Shown here: positions 58,380 through 64,000 of the stretch, piece by piece
How the letters are laid out: each line of letters begins with the position of its first letter
How positions within the stretch are numbered: position 1 is the first letter of the stretch
Source: an uncultured Lachnospiraceae bacterium
GTDB taxonomy: Bacteria; Bacillota; Clostridia; Lachnospirales; Lachnospiraceae
Length of the DNA stretch: 64,000 nt
Direction of reading: 5' to 3'
Assembly (NCBI GenBank): GCA_910588565.1
Contig: CAJUPF010000006.1
Coordinates: forward strand, 531 to 64,530
The notes under the pieces: model-generated
What the model saw: only the letters and a program-made list of their open reading frames with translations
What the model was told of the DNA's origin: nothing
Database searches by the model: none
Program-made: the position numbers and the translations under genes

Positions 58380-59447
58380 ATGAAAGTGAAAAATCTCAAT
58401 TTTTATAAAGGAAAAACCATACTGGTTACAGGCCATACAGGTTTCAAAGGAAGCTGGCTGTGTACCATGCTGCAGATGGCAGGAGCTAATGTCGTAGGAT
58501 ACGCACTGGCTCCCTCTGCAGAAGCACAGCTGTTTTCTCTGTCAGAAGCAGGCAGTAAGATGCATTCCATAGAGGGTGATATACGCGATTTGGATCACCT
58601 GCAGAAAGTATTTCAAGAGCACAATCCACAAATTGTCTTTCACCTCGCAGCGCAGCCGATTGTACGGGAGAGTTACAATAATCCAGTATACACATATGAT
58701 ACAAACGTAATGGGGACTGTGAATGTCCTGGAATGTATCAGAACCGCAGCGGGAGTAATTTCTGCAGTCAATGTCACCACTGACAAAGTATACGAAAACC
58801 AGGAATGGGACTGGGGCTATCGGGAAACAGATCCGCTGGATGGCTACGACCCCTATTCCAACAGCAAATCCTGCTCGGAACTGGTGACCCACAGTTATAA
58901 AAAATCTTTTCTGGATAATATGAATATCCCGGTTTCTACTGCCAGAGCCGGCAATGTGATTGGCGGCGGAGATTTTGCAAAAGACAGGATTATTCCGGAC
59001 TGCATTCGTGCAGCTATGGCGGGAGAAGAGATTATCATTCGCAATCCTTATGCTATCCGCCCTTTCCAGCATGTCTTAGAACCGTTAAGCGCATATCTGA
59101 TGATAGCGGAGCAGCAGGCAGTATCTGCGGAACAGCAGGGATATTATAATGTGGGTCCGCAGGAAAGCGACTGCATCACCGTAGGAGAGCTGGCGGATCT
59201 GTTCTGCCGTATCTGGCAGGATGGAGCTTCCTGGAAAAATATCCATGACGGTGGACCTCATGAGGCGTCTTTTCTAAAGCTGGATTGCTCCCGCATTAAG
59301 AGCAGAATCGGCTGGAAGCCAAAATGGAATATACAAAAGGCAGTAGAAAAGACAGTGGAATGGACAAAAGTTTATCAGGAACAGGGAAATGTCAGAGCCT
59401 GTATGGAAGCACAGATAGATGAGTTTCTGTCTTCAAATACGCTCTAG
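58380..59447 (+). CDS. rfbG: CDP-glucose 4,6-dehydratase
   Basis: KTILVTGHTGFKGSWL, YSNSK, and a length and C-terminus typical of RfbG. Confidence 0.88.
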   Translation: MKVKNLNFYKGKTILVTGHTGFKGSWLCTMLQMAGANVVGYALAPSAEAQLFSLSEAGSKMHSIEGDIRDLDHLQKVFQEHNPQIVFHLAAQPIVRESYNNPVYTYDTNVMGTVNVLECIRTAAGVISAVNVTTDKVYENQEWDWGYRETDPLDGYDPYSNSKSCSELVTHSYKKSFLDNMNIPVSTARAGNVIGGGDFAKDRIIPDCIRAAMAGEEIIIRNPYAIRPFQHVLEPLSAYLMIAEQQAVSAEQQGYYNVGPQESDCITVGELADLFCRIWQDGASWKNIHDGGPHEASFLKLDCSRIKSRIGWKPKWNIQKAVEKTVEWTKVYQEQGNVRACMEAQIDEFLSSNTL

Positions 59448-59464
59448 AGAAAGGACAGATAAAT

Positions 59465-60808
59465 ATGTTTGAACATAAATCAGAAGCGCAGGCACGGGAA
59501 GAAATCCTTCAGATGGTGGAGGAATACTATAAAACCTTTCATCAGAAAAAAGAAACGTTTCAGGAAGGAGACAGAATCGCTTACGCTTCCCGTGTCTATG
59601 ACCAGGAAGAAATGAAAAACCTGGCGGACAGCGCATTGGAATTTTGGCTGACGTCAGGTCGTTATACGGAGCAGTTTGAGCGTGAACTGGCAGAATATAT
59701 CGGGGTGCGTTATTGCTCTCTGGTAAATTCAGGCTCTTCGGCGAATTTGCTGGCATTTATGGCGCTTACGTCGCCGCTGCTGGGGGAGCGGCGCATTTTT
59801 CGCAGAGACGAAATCCTGACAGTAGCGGCGGGCTTCCCGACTACGGTGACGCCTTATATTCAATATGGCGCGATACCGGTTTTTCTGGATCTGACCATTC
59901 CCCAGTACAATATCGATGTGTCTTTGCTGGAGCAGGCCTTGTCAGAACGGACAAAAGCTGTGATGATAGCGCATACTCTGGGCAATCCATTTGATTTAAA
60001 AGCAGTGCGGGAGTTTTGTGACAGGCACGGGTTATGGCTGATCGAAGATAATTGTGACGCCCTGGGCAGCGAATACTGTATGGATGGCGTCTGGAAAAAA
60101 ACAGGCAGTATCGGAGATATCGGTACCAGCAGTTTTTATCCGCCGCATCATATGACGATGGGAGAGGGCGGCGCCGTTTACACGGACAATCCTCTTTTGC
60201 ATAAAATTATTCGTTCCATGCGGGACTGGGGGCGCGACTGCGTGTGTCCTTCCGGACAGGATAATCTGTGCGGGCATCGGTTTGACAGGCAGTATGGGGA
60301 GCTGCCATTGGGTTACGATCACAAATATGTCTACTCACATTTTGGCTATAATTTAAAGGCGACTGATTTGCAGGCTGCAATCGGCTGCGCCCAGCTGAAA
60401 AAGCTTCCGGAGTTTACCAGAAGACGGCGGGAAAATTTCAGACGGTTAAAAGAGCAGTTACTGGAAGTGGAGAATAAGCTGATACTTCCGGAAGCATGTC
60501 CTGACTCTAACCCATCCTGGTTTGGATTTCTGATTACTTGCAAAGATGGGGTGGATAAAAATCAGGTGGTAGGTTATTTAGAAAAGCATGGTGTACAGAC
60601 ACGAATGCTGTTTTCCGGAAATCTGGTTAAGCAGCCATGTTTTGATGAAATGCGGCAGCAGCAAGAGGGATATCGTGTACCGTGTACCCTCAGTACGACG
60701 GATTCTATTATGGAGCACAGCTTCTGGATAGGCGTATATCCGGGTATGACGGAAACAATGATAGATTATATGGCAAAGACGATAAAAGAAGCGGTCAGGA
60801 AGATGTAA
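59465..60808 (+). CDS. rfbH: RfbH/DdhC (E1)-type PMP-dependent NDP-4-keto-6-deoxyhexose 3-dehydratase
   Basis: SSFYPPHHMTMGEGG (His where aminotransferases have Lys), Cys cluster DCVCPSGQDNLCG, NLVKQPCF. Confidence 0.88.
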   Translation: MFEHKSEAQAREEILQMVEEYYKTFHQKKETFQEGDRIAYASRVYDQEEMKNLADSALEFWLTSGRYTEQFERELAEYIGVRYCSLVNSGSSANLLAFMALTSPLLGERRIFRRDEILTVAAGFPTTVTPYIQYGAIPVFLDLTIPQYNIDVSLLEQALSERTKAVMIAHTLGNPFDLKAVREFCDRHGLWLIEDNCDALGSEYCMDGVWKKTGSIGDIGTSSFYPPHHMTMGEGGAVYTDNPLLHKIIRSMRDWGRDCVCPSGQDNLCGHRFDRQYGELPLGYDHKYVYSHFGYNLKATDLQAAIGCAQLKKLPEFTRRRRENFRRLKEQLLEVENKLILPEACPDSNPSWFGFLITCKDGVDKNQVVGYLEKHGVQTRMLFSGNLVKQPCFDEMRQQQEGYRVPCTLSTTDSIMEHSFWIGVYPGMTETMIDYMAKTIKEAVRKM

Positions 60809-60833
60809 ATGAAATAGTGCAGGGAAATTTTGT

Positions 60834-61610
60834 ATGATGAAAGTAGTTATTTTAGCAGGCGGAAAAGGGACAAGGATCAGTGAAGAATCCAGGCTTCGCC
60901 CCAAACCTATGGTGGAAATCGGGGGTAAGCCGATTTTGTGGCACATTATGCGCCAGTATGCGTCGTTTGGATTTCAGGAGTTTATCGTATGCTGCGGATA
61001 TAAAGGGCATATGATAAAGGAGTATTTTGTGAATTATTACCAGAACAGCAGTCAGATAGAAATCAGTCTGAAAAATCAGCATGTGAATATCCTGGAGAAA
61101 AACAGTGAGCCCTGGAAAGTAACGTTAGTGGATACGGGCCTTGAGACATTAACGGCAGGGAGAATTCTGCGTGTGCGGGAGTATATTGGAGACGGCCCGT
61201 TTCTGCTTACATATGGGGATGGCGTTTCAAATGTGGATTTGCACAGACTTTTGCAGTTTCATCAGGAGCAGGGGAAGACGGTTACCATTTCCACAACGCA
61301 GCCGGAAGGACGGTTTGGCGCACTGCGCCTGGATGATACCGGGAAGCAGATTCTGGGATTCCAGGAAAAGGCCAGAGAGGATCAGGCGTGGGTAAATATT
61401 GGGTTTATGGTAATGGAACCTTCTGTTTATCCGTATCTTGGAGATGGAAGCGTCATGCTGGAACGGGAACCATTCGAGCAGCTTGCAGCAGACGGGCAGC
61501 TTGCGGCATATAAACATACAGGTTTCTGGTCGCCCATGGATAATATTCATGACAGGGAATACCTGGAGAAACTCTGGAATACCGGGGAGGCGCCTTGGAG
61601 AGTGGGTTAG
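60834..61610 (+). CDS. rfbF: Glucose-1-phosphate cytidylyltransferase
   Basis: MMKVVILAGGKGTRISEES..PKPMVEIGGKPILWHIMRQY...GFWSPMDN. Confidence 0.9.
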   Translation: MMKVVILAGGKGTRISEESRLRPKPMVEIGGKPILWHIMRQYASFGFQEFIVCCGYKGHMIKEYFVNYYQNSSQIEISLKNQHVNILEKNSEPWKVTLVDTGLETLTAGRILRVREYIGDGPFLLTYGDGVSNVDLHRLLQFHQEQGKTVTISTTQPEGRFGALRLDDTGKQILGFQEKAREDQAWVNIGFMVMEPSVYPYLGDGSVMLEREPFEQLAADGQLAAYKHTGFWSPMDNIHDREYLEKLWNTGEAPWRVG

Positions 61611-61852
61611 ATTTTTTTCGCATTCAAAAATAAGTTGCCAGGCTTGCGGATAGATGTTATACTCTTTTAGAAAGCAGATTTTCTTGTGATTGATTTTATC
61701 AGTTGTCTATATGACGTATCTAAGGAAATGAGAGCCATAGCAAATCCATCAAAAATATAATTCAGAAAACTCCTGCTTTTGATTTCACATTTAAGAGGCA
61801 GGAGGTTTCTATGTATAGACCTCCTGAAATACAACTTCATAGGAGGAAATAG

Positions 61853-62773
61853 ATGGAAGAAATAAATAGCACAATTTATGACGATGTATTTCGGACAATA
61901 CAAGAAAGACATCCGAAGCTTTTGATTCCGCTAATCAATGAGGTTTTTCATACAGAATATGCGGATTACGAGCCAGTAACGAGGCTTCCGGAAGAATATC
62001 AGAAAGTTGTTTCAAAGGTTGTAGCGGATGGCTGCATTGTAATCGGAAATCATATCTATCATATGGAATGCCAGAGCACAAAAGACAGCGGAATGGTATT
62101 GCGGATGGTAGAGTATGATTTTATGATTGCGTTAAGCCAGGCAGAGATTTGGAAGGGAACATATCAGATTCGTTTTCCGCATTCCTGTATTTTTTATTTA
62201 AGACATAATAAAAATACGCCGGACGAGGAAGAACTGGAAATTATTTTTTCAGATGGACAGACTATAAAGTACAAGGTTCCTGTTATAAAAGCGCAGAAAT
62301 ACTCCATAGAAGAATTATTTGAGAAGAAGCTGTACATCTGTTTGCCGTACTATATTATGCGCTACGAAAAAGAGTTTTATCGAATCAGCCATAATCCAGA
62401 ACTTACAAATCAATTTGTGAAAGAAATTAAAGAAATCGTTATGCAGCTTTGGAAAGAAGCAGAACAGGAGGAAACAGGGTTATATCAGGATTTAATTCGT
62501 CTGATACAAAAAGTTGCTGATTATCAGCTAAGGAATGAATCAGATTTAAAGGAAAGGATGGGAAAAGTGATGGGTGGAAAAGTATTGGAGCTGCCATCGG
62601 ATAAATTAAGAGAGGCAAAATCCCAGGGAATAAAACAGGGAATTTCACAGGGAGAAGCTCGCGTAAACCGATTAATTCTTATTTTACAGGAGCAAGGTCG
62701 GACAGAAGAAATTATTCATGCGGCATCTGACCAGGAGTATCAGAAAAAATTATTTGAGGAATTTGGGATTTAA
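61853..62773 (+). CDS. Rpn/YhgA-like PD-(D/E)XK nuclease family putative transposase
   Basis: VADGCIVI...IYHMECQSTKDSGMVLRMVEYDF (D...ExQ core). C-terminal QGIKQGISQGEARVN repeat-like tail is typical of the family (from memory). Confidence 0.55.
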   Translation: MEEINSTIYDDVFRTIQERHPKLLIPLINEVFHTEYADYEPVTRLPEEYQKVVSKVVADGCIVIGNHIYHMECQSTKDSGMVLRMVEYDFMIALSQAEIWKGTYQIRFPHSCIFYLRHNKNTPDEEELEIIFSDGQTIKYKVPVIKAQKYSIEELFEKKLYICLPYYIMRYEKEFYRISHNPELTNQFVKEIKEIVMQLWKEAEQEETGLYQDLIRLIQKVADYQLRNESDLKERMGKVMGGKVLELPSDKLREAKSQGIKQGISQGEARVNRLILILQEQGRTEEIIHAASDQEYQKKLFEEFGI

Positions 62774-62804
62774 CTTTGTGAACCTTGCAGTTTTATATAT
62801 CTAT

Positions 62805-62832
62805 TAAATAATTTCGCACAAAATGGCGATAT
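62805..62832 (+). promoter_or_regulatory. Candidate sigma-28-type promoter for the downstream nonulosonic-acid module
   Basis: TAAA-N16-GGCGATAT. Confidence 0.35.
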
Positions 62833-62867
62833 AAATAAAAGAATAAAAATCACGGAGGATATAGGAA

Positions 62868-63230
62868 ATGATTGAGAACAGAGCAGAGCAAAAAGAAGCA
62901 TTGGAAACACTGATGGAGTTTAATGTCCGTCTGGTCAAAAACATGAATATTATTGTAAAAGAACTTGCCGGCGAACGCTTAGAAGACACGGATGCATTCC
63001 TAACTGACATCATCAATGCCATGAACTGGGAGATCCAGGTTATGAACGGCACCATGGAATTACTAAACGAAGATAAACCACGTATTGACAAAGAAGCTTT
63101 CAATGAAAAGGTGCAGACCTTAGGCAGCGCCATTGCCGCAAAAGACGACGCCAGGATGGCGGAAGCCTTTACAGAACTTATCCCAGTATTTGAAGCTCTT
63201 GGAAAAGCGGCAGAAGAAGTAACCGCTTAA
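62868..63230 (+). CDS. Small helical protein of unknown function
   Basis: 120 aa with a good RBS (GGAGGATATAGGAAATG). Faint resemblance to the product of 28094-28420. Confidence 0.45.
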   Translation: MIENRAEQKEALETLMEFNVRLVKNMNIIVKELAGERLEDTDAFLTDIINAMNWEIQVMNGTMELLNEDKPRIDKEAFNEKVQTLGSAIAAKDDARMAEAFTELIPVFEALGKAAEEVTA

Positions 63231-63234
63231 CAGC

Positions 63235-63906
63235 ATGGAACAGTCTCTTATCTTAGTTGGTTCTGGCGGCTGTATGAGGGAAATTGTCTGGCAGATACAG
63301 GAATTCAATCAAATCAACCGACAGAACAGCCAGGCCAGAACCTGGGATATCACTGGCTATACAGATCTTATCCCGCCGCAGTCCGGCACAGGAGAGCATA
63401 TCGGAGGCCAGTTCATTCCTTATCTTGGGAATGATGATTATCTGTTGAATCAGACAACTCCGGTAAACGCGGCAATTTGCACGGGCAGTCCGTCTTTGCG
63501 GCGGAAAATTGCAGAAAAATTACAGAAGAACACGCAGATCCAGTTTCCAAACCTGATTCTGGGGAACACCAATATCTGCAGGGATATTCGGATAGGAACA
63601 GGCTGCATTATCAGCATGGACGCCAGGATTTCCACAAATGTGATTCTGGGAGATTTTGTTTTTCTGAATCTGGGAAGCGGAATCTGCCATGACGGGCGGA
63701 TTGGGGATTTTGTAACCCTCAGCCCAGATGTGCGTCTGGCAGGAAATGTCACAATTGAAGATAATTGTGATATCGGCCTTGGTACGAAGGTGATTCAGGG
63801 CGTGACCATAGGCCGGGATACGATTACCGGGGCAGGAAGCGTAGTGATAAACGATATTGCCGGAAACTGTACGGTTGCGGGTGTTCCGGCAAAGAGAATC
63901 AGGTGA
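63235..63906 (+). CDS. neuD: NeuD/PglD-family sugar N/O-acetyltransferase (left-handed beta-helix)
   Basis: N-terminal Rossmann-like LILVGSGGCMREIVWQI. Hexapeptide repeats ...IGDFVTLSPDVRLAGNVTIEDNCDIGLGTKVIQGVTIG...AGVPAKRI. Confidence 0.8.
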   Translation: MEQSLILVGSGGCMREIVWQIQEFNQINRQNSQARTWDITGYTDLIPPQSGTGEHIGGQFIPYLGNDDYLLNQTTPVNAAICTGSPSLRRKIAEKLQKNTQIQFPNLILGNTNICRDIRIGTGCIISMDARISTNVILGDFVFLNLGSGICHDGRIGDFVTLSPDVRLAGNVTIEDNCDIGLGTKVIQGVTIGRDTITGAGSVVINDIAGNCTVAGVPAKRIR

Positions 63907-63910
63907 AGAT

Positions 63911-64000
63911 ATGAGTATTATGATAATTGCGGAGGCAGGAGTAAACCATAATGGCAGCGCAGCGCTGGCCAGGCAGATGATCGACGCTGCAAAGGATGCG
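63911..64000 (+). CDS. neuB: NeuB/LegI/PseI-type nonulosonic acid synthase, 5' end only (truncated by the window)
   Basis: My own translation gives MSIMIIAEAGVNHNGSAALARQMIDAAKDA, the canonical IAE(A/I)GxNHNG start. Confidence 0.75.
   Translation, partial: MSIMIIAEAGVNHNGSAALARQMIDAAKDA

Noticed and set aside
61667-61912. 81-aa minus-strand ORF between rfbF and the Rpn-like gene
   Set aside because: It overlaps the start of the plus-strand Rpn-like gene and its RBS hairpin. It has no motif and would be the only minus-strand gene in 64 kb.

Overview
Every gene I can support in this 64 kb window is on the + strand. Gene content and the flagellin N-terminus (MAMVVQHNLTAMN...) suggest a flagellated Clostridia chromosome, possibly Lachnospiraceae-like; that taxon guess is from memory, not a search.

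Order, 5' to 3':
1. 1-1450: a tnpB-only IS200/IS605-family remnant. The tnpB ORF carries one in-frame TAA and is followed by a structured, omega-RNA-like tail.
2. 1551-2041: a long palindrome and a highly structured leader.
3. 2042-12759: a TerD/TelA/YceG-type stress locus. It has a YceG-like module fused to a trypsin-like protease, a three-module YceG-like protein, TelA and three TerD genes. A P-type Ca2+-ATPase and a HAD hydrolase follow directly.
4. 12824-23051: late flagellar operons, flgM-flgN-flgK-flgK'-flgL-fliW-csrA and flaG-fliD-fliS-(fliT-like), with sigma-28-type promoters.
5. 23194-24997: an inserted AAA-ATPase/PD-(D/E)XK gene plus a decayed 5' fragment of a second copy.
6. 25020-27826: two tandem flagellin genes with identical proteins but mosaic leaders.
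7. 27881-28023: a third flagellin-type promoter and leader, with a 19-codon start that looks like a flagellin remnant. It heads a roughly 33.5 kb, 27-gene co-directional flagellin glycosylation island (28094-61610). The island encodes Maf, 8 further glycosyltransferase-like proteins, 2 radical SAM/SPASM enzymes, 3 FkbM domains, a sugar C-methyltransferase, a ThDP enzyme, a NeuB-like-cupin fusion, an FdtA/DegT pair, an ATP-grasp protein and CDP-3,6-dideoxyhexose genes.
8. 61853-62773: an Rpn-like PD-(D/E)XK putative transposase.
9. 62805-64000: the start of a nonulosonic-acid module (NeuD-like, then NeuB-like, truncated by the window end).

I saw no rRNA, tRNA or CRISPR array. The best candidates for something under-described are the flagellin-leader-driven glycosylation island (with its possible CsrA coupling) and the YceG-protease/TelA/TerD/Ca2+-ATPase locus.

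All functional calls rest on motif recognition by eye. No database search was run.
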